Of a DNA stretch of 64,000 bases, positions 1-13,784 are shown piece after piece. Positions within the stretch are counted from its first letter, which is position 1; each line of letters starts with the position of its first letter. Both the position numbers and the translations under genes were made by a program. Location of the stretch: the NCBI RefSeq assembly GCF_006345805.1, contig NC_042998.1, positions 176,390,001-176,454,000 of the forward strand, read 5' to 3'. This stretch comes from Octopus sinensis (taxonomy: Eukaryota). Under the pieces are notes generated by a model, which was given only the letters and a program-made list of their open reading frames with translations, ran no database searches and was not told the DNA's origin.

Positions 1-276
1 AATACAAACTAGATGTTTACTTTCTGGAAAGCCGACTTCTCTAGTTTAATCTTTACCTTAGTAATTAAAGATACAAATTTAAATGTAAATTTATAATCTA
101 GGCCAAACCGTTATAGTGTGCTTGTATGTATGCATGTCATTGTTCAGTTTTATTTCAAGAATTCTTGCCAATATAGAAAGAACCGCTTTCTAACCTAGAT
201 ACAAGGCTCCTTCATTGCAATTTCAACATCAATAATAGTGTATTTTTGTATGTATGTATGTATGTATGTATGTATG

Positions 277-488
277 TATGCCATTTGTGAGATTTCTCAT
301 GAGTGCTACTGGTAACATGGAATCTAGTACAACCTGTTACATGGTCGGGTTGTCGCCGTCTCAACCTGTACTCCCATTAGGCTTTATATATATATTAATT
401 TCAGATCTTTTTTAAATAAACCATGTAACAGGTTGTACTAGATTCCATGTTACCAGTAGCACTCAAGAGAAATCTCACAAATGGCATA
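277..488. mobile_element. MITE-like fold-back element with 69-bp inverted arms
   Basis: 277-345 is the reverse complement of 420-488 with 1 mismatch. Flanked by (TATG)n on the left and (CATA)n on the right. Confidence 0.75.
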
Positions 489-729
489 TATACATACATG
501 CGCAAACATACATACATACATACATACATACATACATACATACATACATACATTCACTAAATTTCTTCCTATGTTCCACAAATGTTGCTTGTTGGCGTGG
601 TTGCTTCGCAGTAAAATGATTTAATTCTGGATGCAGACCGTCCCAATATGATTTCAGTCGGTTCATAGAACCAACAGCGGGCTTTTTTTTTCGCTCTTGT
701 ATGTCTCTTCTATGTTTTTTTAATTATTA

Positions 730-1060
730 TAAATCTTCCACTGAGGAGGGAGCCGGTTTCCAACAAAGATACAAGGCTTCATCTTTGGGATGTAGTTAAC
801 ACAGACAAATTCACATTTGGAACTTGAGAAAATTCTTGCATATTTTTACTGTTCCACTCACAGATATGACTTGCAATGTACGAATCAGCCGGTCTTCTTT
901 TTATTTTTGATTATTTGAAATCTTCTAGTAAAGAAGGAGCTGATTTTAACAATGATACAAGGGTCCATCATTGGAATATAGATAACAAAATCAAATTCAC
1001 ATTTTAAACTTTAGAAAAGTTTTGTACACATTAAGCGTTTCGCTCACAGATTTTATTCTA
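730..1060 (+). repeat. Two diverged tandem copies of a ~180-bp dispersed module, also seen at ~34160-34340 and ~55090-55265
   Basis: Shared motifs GAGGAGC(C/T)G.TTT..AACAA.GATACAAGG ... TCACATTT..AACTT.AGAA ... TTTTACTGTTCCACT.ACAGA, aligned by eye. Confidence 0.6.
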
Positions 1061-1690
1061 TAAAGATTTTATTCGTAATATGCGTGTTAACTTGTTAATT
1101 TCTTTTCCAGCAAACCTTATTTCCTAGATGCATGTATGTATGTATGTATACATGCACGCATGCACTCATGCATGTATGTTTGTATGTATGAACATAGGTA
1201 GGTAGGAAGGTAGGTAGGAAGGTAGGTAAGTAGGTAGATAGGTAGGTAGGTAGGTTTGTAGGTAGGTAGGTATGTAGGTAGGTAGGTAGGTGTGACATAG
1301 GTAGTAGAGCAGGGAAAGAAGAAAAAAAACTAGCTTTAAGTGCTTCTCGGAAGAACTTGACAATTCCCTCGTAGTTACTCTTGAAATATTAAAAAGATAT
1401 TTCATTGTCTTATGTTAATGTCGCGTATCCACCATTAGTGATGGACTATAGAAGGATTGTAAAGGGTACGAACTAGTCGTTTCTTTACAAAATTATCGCC
1501 CTATTCAATACGGTTATGTTACAGTTATATTAGAGCTGATCTTCATTCGGAGCATTTTTAAAAAATAAAATCAAGAGAAGATTACTAGTTTGTTTTGCAC
1601 ACATGTTTTATTTACTCAAACATTTGTTTTATTATTTTATTATTACTATATACACCAATCATTATAATTTTAATAAAATCATTATTCTTA

Positions 1691-1919
1691 TTTCTTTACT
1701 ACCCACAAGGGGCTAAACACAAAGAGGACAAACAAGGACAGACAAACGGATTAAGTCGATTACATCGACCCCAGTGCGTAACAGGTACTTAATTTATCGG
1801 CCCCGAAAGGATGAAAAGCAAAGTCGACCTCGGCGGAATTTGAACTTAGAACGCAACGGCAGACAAAATACGGCTACGCATTTCGCCCGGCGTGCTAACG
1901 TTTCTGCCAGCTCGCCGCC
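1691..1919 (-). mobile_element. tRNA-derived SINE, family A (full length)
   Basis: Head GGCGGCGAGCTGGCAGAAACGTTAGC with B-box-like GTTCAAATTCC, central GCTTTTCATCCTTTCGGGGCCGATAAATTAAGTACC, tail AAAGAAATA. 17-bp TSD TAAAATCATTATTCTTA at 1674-1690 and 1922-1938. Confidence 0.9.
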
Positions 1920-3735
1920 TTTAAAATCATTATTCTTAATGTTTGAAAAGAACCCGTTATTATTTGCATTATCACGTTCCAGAAGATAGGTCCTTTAGAT
2001 TCGATATGTCACATTCTTGGAAATGATGTCAGTTAGTTCCTCGTGGTCTTCTATAACGGAAGTTAAGCCAAGTATGGAAATAGCAGTGGTATTTTGAATA
2101 GTATAAGTATTGTCTTGGTGCTAGGATAAAAGATATCGAAAAAAATTGTATACACACATACACACGTATTGCTGTGAACGTCAGATTCGTTTGAATGTAT
2201 GCTTTTGAGTGATTCAGCGGATAAAACCTTCGTGATGTTTTAGTAACTGCTGCAGGAACCTTTCCAAATATCTCCAGAAGGCTCAGATTGTACAAAAATA
2301 GAAAATCAAAACTGCTGACTTCCTTCTTAAACTATAACAAAAATTGCATTACAGCTTAACAGTTTCCTATAATCCCCAAAGCCCTAGAGTGTGTCGTGCA
2401 GAAAACCATAAGGAATTAATGTCATTCTTGTCATTACGATTAAAACGTATTGGAAAATATTTGCTTTATGTCTGAAAGGAAACCATTTAGAAACATCGGT
2501 AGGTTAGATGTTGGAAAAATAGGACATTATGTGTACTCTTGTGAGGTCAAAAGAATAATATAGACGACAATCTCCATACTATCGCCGGTGAACAATATGG
2601 ATTACGTATAAGTTCTCCATCAGTTTCGGTTCTTGTTCGGAAAAATTATTTATGCTAGTAATATTTAAGTTACGGACGTAACTTCAAATAAAATTTCATC
2701 ATAAGAATAAGTTAAATTATATCAATGGGAAAAGCGATTATTTCGATCATTTTGGTGGAACACCGTTAAGAAAAACAAGAATAAAAATTATTTTAAAAAA
2801 TCATAAATTTAATTTAATCGTGGCAGATATTTAGTTATAACGATATACTGGTAAAATTTAAGAAATTATTGTTTGAAGATTAAGCCATGAATAGTAATAG
2901 CAGTGGTATAAATGTCACTATTGTTTACTCTCATTGTGAATCCCAAAATATTTGATTAACCATAGTGGAAACCCAATTTAAGGATAAAACAGTTAACCAT
3001 CAAGGGACAACATCTTAACCTGACATATTCCACCCGCATTATAAAGAAAACCCCCGTCAAAACTATTGTAATCAGATGAAAAAGACATTGGTATGTTGGA
3101 ATTTTCCAATATGAACATATTTTATAGCAAACCTCTGAAGAGTGGTGGGGAATGTTTTATCAATGTAGCAAATCCAAGAGAAGCGAAAGTACATTCAGTG
3201 TTTTATATTCAGAATACAATAATCTGGGTACACACAGGCACATAACCTCGGGGCGAATAAAGTTCAATAACATTCTAAAATTTGAAGCAAGATTTCAAAT
3301 AGAGAAGTTAGAGATAATAATATTACAGTTCAGGCCAGTACATGGTCTGATAATGATAGATTAGTATACTGTTTAGAGATGCGACACTTAATCATGAATT
3401 AGCCAGTAAATTTAAGAGAATCTTCCGAAAATTTAATCTTGGAAATTTTGTAGAAATTTTTAAAAAATAAGACCAGTAAATCTATTAAATCGATTATCTC
3501 TAAGCCCTACCCTTTTCACAAATACACCTGTGAAAATGGCTACAAAATATGTGCCACAAATCCACATATCAACTGTATGGTTGGAAATACTATAAACCGT
3601 ATACACTGTCTCGACGAAACATGTTTTAACCTCCCATAGAAGAAACAGATCTACTTTCATTTCTTTCCAACATGGTCTAGATAAGAACAATGGTTCAGTC
3701 AAGAGACTCCGTATACATATCATATTTCCCCTTAG

Positions 3736-3762
3736 AACTTGATTTCCAGCAGTAGCTGTAAG
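3736..3762 (+). CDS. Candidate 27-nt microexon (NLISSSSCK) of the F-box gene
   Basis: Acceptor catatttccccttAG and consensus donor AAG|GTAAGT. Only the phase-0 frame is stop-free, which matches the phase of the 5316 exon. Splice signals are the only evidence. Confidence 0.35.
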
Positions 3763-4215
3763 GTAAGTTACACCGATAGAACTATTCTCTTTTCGTAACA
3801 TGATTGTTAAGAGTATTAACTGTTGAGTGTTAAGTCTCTCCCACCGAGTATGAATTGTCTTAAATGTTAGTGTAAAGTTTCTTAACCGCTAAGTGTCTTA
3901 AATATTGATTGTTAAGTATCTTACCAACTGAATGAGAATTGTCTCGATTTTCGGATGCTAAAAGTGTTACCTACAGAAATAACGTAGTGTTAATGATTAA
4001 ATACGATTCTTCGTCCATTTCCCTGGTTCCCTATTAATTCAGCCCTATGCGATTCGCATTGTACCCATATCATGTATTACTAACTGCACAAAATATATTA
4101 TAAATGCATACTAACGATCCCTACTTTCCATGCTCTGCATGATATGAATAGTAACCATTAACTTTTCTGATTAATGGCAAAAACACAAAATATATCAATT
4201 TTATTATTTTCTAAG

Positions 4216-4224
4216 ATATGGCTG
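4216..4224 (+). CDS. Candidate 9-nt microexon (IWL)
   Basis: ttattattttctaAG ATATGGCTG GTAAGT; frame-preserving. Splice signals are the only evidence. Confidence 0.2.
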
Positions 4225-5315
4225 GTAAGTAACAAAAAAAAAATGTTATTAATGTTTCGCTGTAATTAGTTGCAGCCCTTTGCACTCGAATTGTTGCATA
4301 TATTGGCTGTTTTATCCTCAGGGATACAGCAGATGAGAAATTATTTTTTTCATTTGTAATTTATTGAAATAGAATATGAAAAATGAAGATATAGGAAATT
4401 ACTATCCTTTGTGTGATGCTATTGTACAATATTGCTTGACAAGATCTCTTGATTATAGAAAGTTCATTAAATCTCTACATACAGTTTCAAATTTCATATA
4501 TATTGATACCTGAATGTGCAGCCACTTTCTCTCGAATTACACTTGTTAACCGGGTCATCATGTAAAGAAAAACTCATCAACGGAAACGTGCATTATGTTT
4601 GTGATGACAGCTAATAAATTGTAATTGTTGGTGAAGGCTTCCATTAATAAAGGACTGAACTCCTGTTATCCGTTTTGCTGCTACTCTCTCACTGGATACA
4701 GCAACATAATTCTTCGAAAATACACCCTCTTCATTCCATCTAACGTACTTACAATAAGTGCAAAAACATCTTCGATGTCTGAAGTCCAACAACGTAACCA
4801 GTCTTGGCAGTGTTCTTCTCATTTACTCCATACAGTGAGCTATAGACCTAGCTTTACCATCGACAGACTCCTCATGATCTCTCCCTTCTTCTACAATAAA
4901 GTATTTCACTCATTCAGGAATATGTTTCATTCCCAAGCAGAACAACATGTCTTACACAGCTAACTACCAGCCTTTCATTTAGAGTCTTAAAAGATGTGTG
5001 AATAATTGCAAACATCTCGTTACTTTTCCATAGTGTATCTAGGACAATATTTTAATGTTTCACCTTAAATTAGACATTAAAGTGTAGCTTGAAGCAGATA
5101 CGCTTGCTATTTCTCGCAGATCGAGCGACCACACAAAATTCTCTTTGTTTGCTGACCTTTATTGCACATTTTTAATGCTAAAAATCGCTATATATTGATA
5201 ATCTAAGCAGTAGTATTAAACCGAGAATTTAGAGATCCAGCTTATCTCCTTTACTAAACGAGGGATAATATTCATGGCTAACATTATTTTATATTTTCTT
5301 TTCTGTTTTCTTCAG

Positions 5316-5414
5316 GAACGTCGATATCGTGATTTTATAGGAGCACTCCCCGAATGTCTGGCTTGGAATATTCTAAGGTTTCTGACAGTTAAAGAATTAG
5401 CTATTGTTTGCCAG
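5316..5414 (+). CDS. Coding exon of an F-box/WD40 (FBXW-like) gene: N-terminal part of the F-box
   Basis: Polypyrimidine acceptor ttttctgttttcttcAG, then 99 nt reading ERRYRDFIGALPECLAWNILRFLTVKELAIVCQ (F-box pattern RDFI..LP.E...IL.FL...EL..VCQ), then donor CAG|GTAAAA. Phase 0 at both ends. Not in the ORF track. Confidence 0.9.
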
Positions 5415-5715
5415 GTAAAAAAAGACTTTATTATTTTAAAACTGTAGAGATTTAAAAAAAAAAAAAAGTTCAGCTCATGTGTTATGTAGTGGATTGTGTA
5501 GGAAGAGGTTGGTAGTTGCTTTTTAAATTAGTGATCATACAGATGATACGATAGAAGTATTCTGAATCTGGAACGTCACAATCCAATTTTCACAATGTAC
5601 GGCCTTGTAAAAAAATAATTCATTCTTGCATGAAACCCAATGATTTCTGTATAAAGAAGAGAAACTCTTAATTATTTACATTCGACGGATATTTGTCCTC
5701 ATCTTGTTTGTTGTT

Positions 5716-5761
5716 AACACAACGTTTCGGCTGATATACCCTCCAGCCTTCTTCAGCTGTC
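5716..5761 (-). ncRNA. Minimal type-I hammerhead ribozyme-like motif (Penelope-associated type)
   Basis: Minus strand: GACAG-CTGAAGA-A-GGCTG gagggtatat CAGCC-GAAAC-GTT-GTGTT, giving a CUGANGA/GAAA core with a 5-bp stem II. Confidence 0.65.
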
Positions 5762-6149
5762 TTGGAGGAAATTTCGAACCTGGGTTTTCATTCCTAAGGT
5801 ATTTTCCTAAGGTATACAGGAGCACACACATCACGCCAGCTGCTCAATTGGCAAAGATTCACACATTATGGCGGTGCAGTTACAAGCCATTAATGTAGTT
5901 TCTTATCTTTGCCTCTGCTGTTCCTAAACTGACTAATTGCACATCACCTCAGTCAATCCTGATCAATGTGCCTATATCTCCACTTACCTCCTTAATGTGC
6001 CGCACCCTTTAATATCACATCAAACATTTTCCATAATCATTCATCCGTAGAAGTATTAAATTCATTATGAAATAACAATATCATCAATGTCGAACGCCTT
6101 ATTGGAATTATTTTATTTTACGTCTTTGGATTCATCTGGGAAGAACATT

Positions 6150-6580
6150 CTTTGATTATGGTCTTTGCATGTCTCTCGAGACCAGCGAAACTGATGCATA
6201 TAACGTTGCTCTTGAACAGCACAAGATGAAGGTTGCATGAAGAGGCATGTACTTCGAAAGAATCTGGTGTTTGAGAAGAAAGGTCTAGGAGTAGTGGTTA
6301 GTGTAGAGCTTAGGAGGAGGGTTGGAAGTGATGTAGGTGACAAAAGGCGGAGAGCTAAATAAGTTGTATCTGAGGGGAGGGGAAGAATGCTTGCCTTCTC
6401 CAAGCAGTAGTGGCCATTGTAGTAGTAGTAGAGAGGGCAGAGAGTGAATATAGTATTAATGAAAATTAGTAGGGTGTCTTTTATTGGATGCTGTCCATGG
6501 TGCCTGTGCGTGTAGCTAGAGTACCGTTTGAAAGAGTAGAATATATAGCTGTAGTTTAGTTCCAGAGCAACTCGAATCAA
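6150..6580 (-). mobile_element. Degenerate LINE (CR1/Jockey-group-like) ORF2 3' fragment
   Basis: Translation ...TLCPLYYYYNGHYCLEKASILP... resembles the C-terminal SL.LFYRYY.G.CS.EL motif of CR1-group LINEs. Highly decayed. Confidence 0.4.
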
Positions 6581-8749
6581 GTAAACATATAATCAAATAT
6601 GTTCCAAAGGATGAACATCCCGTCAGTTTCTCGGCCACATGATTAAATTATTCAATTGGGTTAAATTATCCAATATGTCCTCCACCAATTTGAGGTAGAT
6701 TTCGCTAATGTTTCCAGTACGTCGAACCATCGTAAATAGGCCCCCTCACAGTAGGAGTGATACCAACAAATTAATTTTGGAAAGAAGAGCAGTAAATAGG
6801 AAGTATGATGCACCCTTTTCTAAGGAGTGGGAAGATCAGGCTGTTGTTTGGAGTGTGAAAGACTTTTCGGGACATACGATGCATAAAAGTAGTGTTATTT
6901 TTCTGATGGTTGTTTTACAGCTTTGCATTGCTTGTGTTACTTTCATTATGTCGGATGTCTTCCTCCAAGTACCGGCGGTAATAAACTTGTTCTGTACAGC
7001 TGAAGACAGTTTGCAATTGAAATACTTGTCTCATGAGGACCAGTGATGAAGCTTATTTGCTACTGAATGTAGGTTAGAACTAGGGGAACTCCGATTAGTT
7101 ACGTAATTAACACGAAATATAAGAGGATTGGACGGAAATTAATAGTTAAAGAGCCTCGAGGATACGGTTTAGAGATTAGAAATAAGTCCAATATATATTG
7201 TGAGACAGTGTGTTGCTTGGGAATTTCTCAGATGAAAATACTGAACTGGTGGAAAGTGTAAAAGTCAACTCGAGTCTACTGTAGAAGACAATTGCCCCAA
7301 AATGCCGCGGAATGGGACTAAAACTCGAGACCACATGATTGCAAAGCGATCGTCTTAGCCGCCCAGACATGCCTGCGCTTATGGTAAGACTGTTTTGTTA
7401 AAAAGGAATAATCGATCGAACCAATTCCAGTACAGGCCTGATAAATACTTTTTCACTCTTGAGAGACAAAAAAAATATATATATTATGGCAATGCGAGTG
7501 AGGCAAAAACGAAATAACATGGCGCTGCCAATAACTACCAGACAAAGATGCAGAAATTATGTCTAAAATTATGTTTCTAATAATCCAATATTTTGGAAAA
7601 GAAAAGCAGCACCCTTTTCAGGTAGCGTGAGATAAGTTCTTGGAGTTAGTTCATAGCCAGTTCGATCTGTCTTTTGATAGAAAATTGCTTTACGTATCAT
7701 TTTATCGTTTATCAGTTTTACATTTTCTAAAACCCGAAATACTGGAATATTAAAAGCAGAACTTTAGATATTTTTATATCTTTGTCATTTGTTGGCAACT
7801 CAATATTATATTCCGTTTTACTCCTCGTTCGTATTGGCATAAAGTTTCATTAAAACTCCCCATTGTTCTTACATATCGCAATGCTTCAAATAAATTTTCA
7901 GATACAAATAAATATATAAATGAAATGCCGTTTTTCCATTCGAGGAGGGCCAGCTGTCAAATCGCTTATCTCCAATTTCGTATGTTATAACACATTCTTC
8001 TGTGACAACTTTGTTTCAAACATAAAACCGGAAGCTGACTACCGTAATACAGAGAAGCTAAACGTGTATGACTATGTATCAGTCAATAACGAAGGATTAC
8101 CGTTAATTGTTGAATCCACCGATGTCCTCTTTCACCGGACTACATCTGTTCTCTATCAAATTTAAACAGAGCTGTGAAGAAGAGTAGCTGACAGTACTTG
8201 ATATTGCTGACTGTTGTTGGTGGCAGCGCTTTTGTCATTTTGTCTGGAGGCGTAAATACAATCAGTTCATTAACGGAGGCAGTGGAATCTATATTTTCTT
8301 TCATTATTATTTTTATTATTATTATTTTGCAGCATACATGCATTTTTGAGAAAGAATGTATACTTACTTCAGGTATTATTATTTTCAATTAACTTTTTAA
8401 TTAATGATGCTAGAATATATAAGGGTGAGTAGAAAAAAGCAAATGTGTGTATGTGTCTACGTGTATATATTTGTACATACACACACATATATATATATAT
8501 GCTTAGACACGGATGTACACGCACAAACACATGCACACACATCTACGCACTCACATACTCACACTTACGTACGCACACACACATACATGCTTACGCATAC
8601 GCACGTGCGCACAAATATTAATCGATAACCGTATGTCTGACAAAATATATTTTGTTTTGCCCGAGGGCTTCCAAGTGGTTTGACAATATTCTTTTGAACA
8701 TGTCAGTTCCGTTAATATATGTGTGTGTGTGTATGCGTAAGTATATATA

Positions 8750-8822
<73 letters not shown>

Positions 8823-10090
8823 AAAATAAGCGACTAGGATATCCAGAGGTAATGCAGTACGATCGTTTCATGCAAATCCATTTAATTGAACAATGTAATT
8901 ATTACATCAATTTAATATGTAGAACAATCTCTTGGAGATTTTAGGTATAATTATACTAATGTGTCCATCTGTTCTAATTTAATTTAATTTAATTTAATTT
9001 ACTTCTAAGTCTTTGTGCATCCGAAGATTGCTCTACATTTTAAATTGTTGTAATGATCGTACTGCATAAATACCCATAAATACGTAAATATATGTATGTG
9101 TGCGAATGTGTGTATAAGTGTGCATGTGTATGCATGTATATATGTGTATACATGCATGTATGTATGTGTGTGTGAATGTATGTATGTATGTATGTATGCA
9201 TGCAAGTATGTGTATGTATGTATGTATGTATGTATGTATGTATATATGCATGCAAGTGTGTGTGTGTATGTGTGTATGCATGTACGTATGTATGTATGTA
9301 CGCACGTATGTATGTATGTATGTATGTATGTATGTATGTATGTATGTATGTATGTATGTATGTATGTATGTATGTATGTATGTGGATGTGTAGATGGGCG
9401 GATGGATAGATGGATGGATATTTGGAAGGACTGAATACCAGTTGGCTAGCTAAACAGATGGGAGAATTCCCAAGTTTTAAAAAGAAAAATAAACCGCTTT
9501 AACAACATTACAATTAGAACGTTACTTTTTGTGTTTACTTTGTCTATAATACATCCTTCGGAGAATATATTCTAGATGAAATAACGAAACATCCAGATGA
9601 GAGCAAAGGGATGAGGAATTTTCAAGCCGAGACTACAGCACGGAGGAGACAGCGACTATGGAGAGAATAGGATTCCGTGTGCGTTTGAAATACGAAATCT
9701 GCAAGTAACACGATCAGAATATTCTCTCAGATAGGAATGTGGGCAGAGAATGAAGAAAGCGGCATTGACATTGGACAGATATCCAGACGTAAAAAATAAA
9801 AAAAAATTGAAGAACATGAAAAAAAAAATAGGGAGAGAGAGAAAGAAAAAAAATTTATGAACTGTAGTTGGCAGTAAAGTGGGTTGTTAAGGCAAAAGTT
9901 GTCATGAGTGCTTGGAAATGGAAGGCAAATGGTTGAATATGCTGGCTGCCAGACAATCTTTTAGGAGGGGAAAAAAAAAGAAACCTAATATAAAAGAGGA
10001 AAAACAAGAGGAAGCATGGAAAAATATATCAGTTTGAGTGTATGCAAGCGTATAATTTTAATTATATGAATATTGATACATACATGCAAT

Positions 10091-10144
<54 letters not shown>

Positions 10145-10646
10145 CATACATATATATGTATGCTTACACATACATATTGTTAGAGTGAGTGAGAAAGAGA
10201 GAGAGAAGGAAAGAGAGAGAGGAGAGAGAGAAATATAATGAGAGAAACTGAGAGAACTGGATATATATGCTTATACATGTTATGTTTGGAATATAATGTA
10301 TATATATATATATATATATATGGATATAAATCTATATATATGTATATATACGTAATCGTATGAGTATTTGTGAAATTATATTACATATGTGTGTGCGTGG
10401 GTGTGTGTATTCCTATGCATACATACAGACAGACATCTATAAATGTATTAGATGTATGTATGTGAGGAGTAAATGACAACAATAGAAAAAAAGGAAGAAA
10501 ATATTTCCAAAATACTCACGCGAAAGACCTATCACTGATTCTGATGGATGATAAAAGGTGGCGAGTGCTTGTGCTTTTGTATGCTTATGCGCCTACGTGA
10601 ATGTGCATATCCTGTCTTTCTGTCTATCTATCTATCTATCTATCTA

Positions 10647-10747
<101 letters not shown>

Positions 10748-10756
10748 ATCTATTTA

Positions 10757-10788
<32 letters not shown>

Positions 10789-10909
10789 TCTATCTCTCTA
10801 TCTATCTATCTATCTATCTTTCTATCTATGCCATTATCGGATTGTCTGATGATGGCTTAGTTGGCTGAAACTTGGAACCTCCAATATTATTCTTGTTAAA
10901 GAATAATAC

Positions 10910-10984
<75 letters not shown>

Positions 10985-11569
10985 TGTGTGTTTATGTGTA
11001 TGTGTGTATAGATAGATAGCTAGAGAGAGAGTGAGGAACAAGGAGGAGCGAAGGAGAGAGAGATGATGTGTGTCTGCAAGCATGTATGTATAGATTGAAG
11101 TGGTGTACAAATTTTATATATTAAAAAACGGGAGGTAGTCAGAGTTTTGGATAAAAATGATTTATTTTGCGCCTTCATCGCTCTTGAAAGATGTATAACG
11201 AATGATGTATTTATAGAAAACACACCTTTTATAAATATGTGAGTTTGAATTGGGAAGTGGATTGTTCTGTGATATATTGAAATTATATATGTGTGTATAT
11301 ATGTGTATGAATATATCTGTAAGTATGTATATGTGGTGAATTTTTGAAGGCTTGGTGAAAGAGAAAAGGAAAAATAAAGACAGGAAGAAAGCAGAACGAA
11401 AGAAAGAAGGGAAGCTAGAAGGAAAGAAAAAAGAAAGAAAACGAAAAGTGACTTTATCTGAGATGGTTAAAAGCCAAAAAGTCAAATTTCTTTAACTCAA
11501 TGTACTTTTGGTTAGGTATGACGTTACCCAGATGTAGAAAATAAAATTTACCAAATTCCTATTAGCAAC

Positions 11570-12153
11570 ATGGAATCCAAAACCAAGGGCAACTTAATGG
11601 GGAAAAAGATTGTTCTCTCTATCTGGTGGGATTGCAAAGGAGTAATTCACTTTGGATTGTTACTACCTAATGCAACAATCAATGCACAAGTCTACTGTCC
11701 GCAATTAGAGCGTTTGAACCAAGCTTTGAAGGAAAAAAGACCTACTTTAGTGAATCGAAATGGAGTGATGTTTCATCAGAACAATGCGCGACCCCACACT
11801 GCAAAGATCACATCACAGAAGATCGAAGAGCTTGGTTGGGAAAAAGTTCCTCATCCACCTTATCCTCCCGACGTTGCTCCTTTAGACTACCATTTGTTTC
11901 GTAGTTTACAGAATCATTTGGGGAATATAACTTTCGCAAGCGAGGTGGACGTTGAAACTGACATTTCAGAGTTCTTAGCTATGAAACCAAAAGAGTTTCA
12001 CATTGATGGGATTAAAAAGCTTGTAAGTAGATGGAAGGAAATCATAGATAATCAGGGAAAGTACATTGATGATTAAATTTCAATTAAATATAACATTTGA
12101 TCACTTGTTTTATTTATTCAAAATTCGTACAAAACTTATGGGATGACCTGATA
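11570..12153 (+). mobile_element. 5'-truncated mariner (Tc1/mariner, DD34D) transposon: catalytic C-terminus plus right TIR; inactive
   Basis: ORF 11570-12076 has K.VLSIWWDCKGVIHF, HQNNARPH (canonical HDNARPH with the Asp replaced), HPPYPPDVAPLDYHLFRSLQNHL and GIKKLVSRW. It ends in TIR-like AAACTTATGGGATGACCTGA followed by TA (12152-12153). The DNA-binding N-terminus is absent. Confidence 0.93.
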
Positions 12154-12550
12154 CATCCATATGTTATATGCATATATACATACACACAGACAGACACACA
12201 CACACACATATATATATATATAATTTATTTAAAGGACACAATATATGTCTTTAAGTGCTACTAATAGTTTCATATATTGAGAAATATCTCAAACATATAC
12301 ATCATGTACAAATCACATATAATTACGAACTAAAAAATTGAATAAGAGAAGAAACGCGAAAAACTTGAGAACGTAGCATATTGAAAACGCGGAAGGTTAA
12401 AAAAACGGAAAACGAAAAAGTAAAGACTAGAATGTAAAAAGTAAATGGTAAAAGTGTTTTATCCTCCTTAGACCTTAAATTATAAGGCTGGAAAGATATC
12501 AACAAGTTAATCAGAAAGTGTATCAGTTTGACGCTCAGGAAAATGAATGT

Positions 12551-12586
12551 CTTTTACGTTTCGAGACTAAGCTCTTCAACAGAAAG
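12551..12586 (-). ncRNA. Minimal hammerhead-like motif with variant core (CUGUUGA)
   Basis: Minus strand: CTTT-CTGTTGA-A-GAG cttagt CTC-GAAAC-GTA-AAAG; stem I is CTTT/AAAG. Confidence 0.55.
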
Positions 12587-12934
12587 GAATAAAAAATTTT
12601 TTTTAAATAAACAGAGAGAGAGAGAATGAAAACAAGCTTGTAGATTTCAGCGGTCCAACATGTAAATATATGTGTGTGTTTGATGTGTGTGTGTACCATC
12701 TATGAGCTTGGTTTTGTCTACAAATTGCTGAAAATGGCGCACTAGTTTGGGTATTCATTCTCACGCTGAGTGAAAAAGAACAGTATGATCTAACGAAGGA
12801 CTTGTTTATAACAGTTATCCGAAGAAGCGCACCTTACACCTTTGATGAATGAAAGTGATTACACAAGATGTTAATTATATTATCTCACCAATGCACTACG
12901 AGTGCAGAAATGTGTCGAAAAAGTTGTAGTGGAA

Positions 12935-13680
12935 AGCGGTGATTTTGCAGAATCGTTAACACGCGGGGCGAAATGCTTAGCGGCATTTCGTCTGCCGTTA
13001 CGATCTGACTTCAAATTCCACCAAGGTCGACTTTGCCTTTCATCTTTTCGGGGTCAATAAATTAAGTACCAGTTACGCACTGGGGTCGATATAATCGACT
13101 TAATCCGTCTGTTTGTCCTTGTTTGTTCTCTCTGTGTTTAGCCCCTTGTGGGTAGTAAAGAAATAGGTATTTTATCTGCCGTTACGTTCTGAGTTCAAAT
13201 TCCGCCGAGGTCGATTTTGCCTTTCATCCTTTCGGGGTTGATAAATTAAGTACCAGTTACGCACTGGGGTTGATAAATCGACTTAATCCGTCTGTCTGTC
13301 CTTGTTTGTCCTCTCTGTGTTTAGCCCCTTGTGGGTAGTAAAGAAATAGGTATTTTGTCTGCCGTTACGTTCTGAGTTCAAATTCCGCCGAGGTCGACTT
13401 TGCCTTTCATCCTTTCGGGGTCGATTAAATAAGTACCAGTTACACACTGGGGTCGATATAATCGACTTAATCTGTTTGTCTGTCATTGTTTGTCCTCTCT
13501 ATGCTTAGCCCCTTCTGGGTAGTAAAGAAATAGGTATTTCGTCTGTCTTTACGTCAGGGTCGAATTTGCCTTTCATCCTTTCGGGGTCGATAAATTAAGT
13601 ATCAGTTGCGTACTATGGTCGATCTAATCGACTGACCTCCTTCCAAAAATTTCGGGCCTTGTCCCTAGAGTAGAAAAGGA
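12935..13680 (+). mobile_element. Tandem array of family-A SINE units (~184-bp period, about 4 units)
   Basis: Units restart at GG(C/T)ATTT at ~12982, 13166, 13349 and 13533. The last unit has a different 3' tail. Confidence 0.9.
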
Positions 13681-13718
13681 AAAGTTGTAGTGGTTTTTAA
13701 ATAAAGAGTGCCGTTCAA

Positions 13719-13721
<3 letters not shown>

Positions 13722-13784
<63 letters not shown>

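Noticed and set aside
11570-12076. SETMAR-like domesticated transposase gene
   Set aside because: 5'-truncated, the second catalytic Asp is mutated, the TIR is retained, and I saw no splice link to host exons.
12935-13680. CRISPR-like regularly spaced array
   Set aside because: Eukaryotic context; the units are whole SINE bodies with no unique spacers and there are no cas genes.
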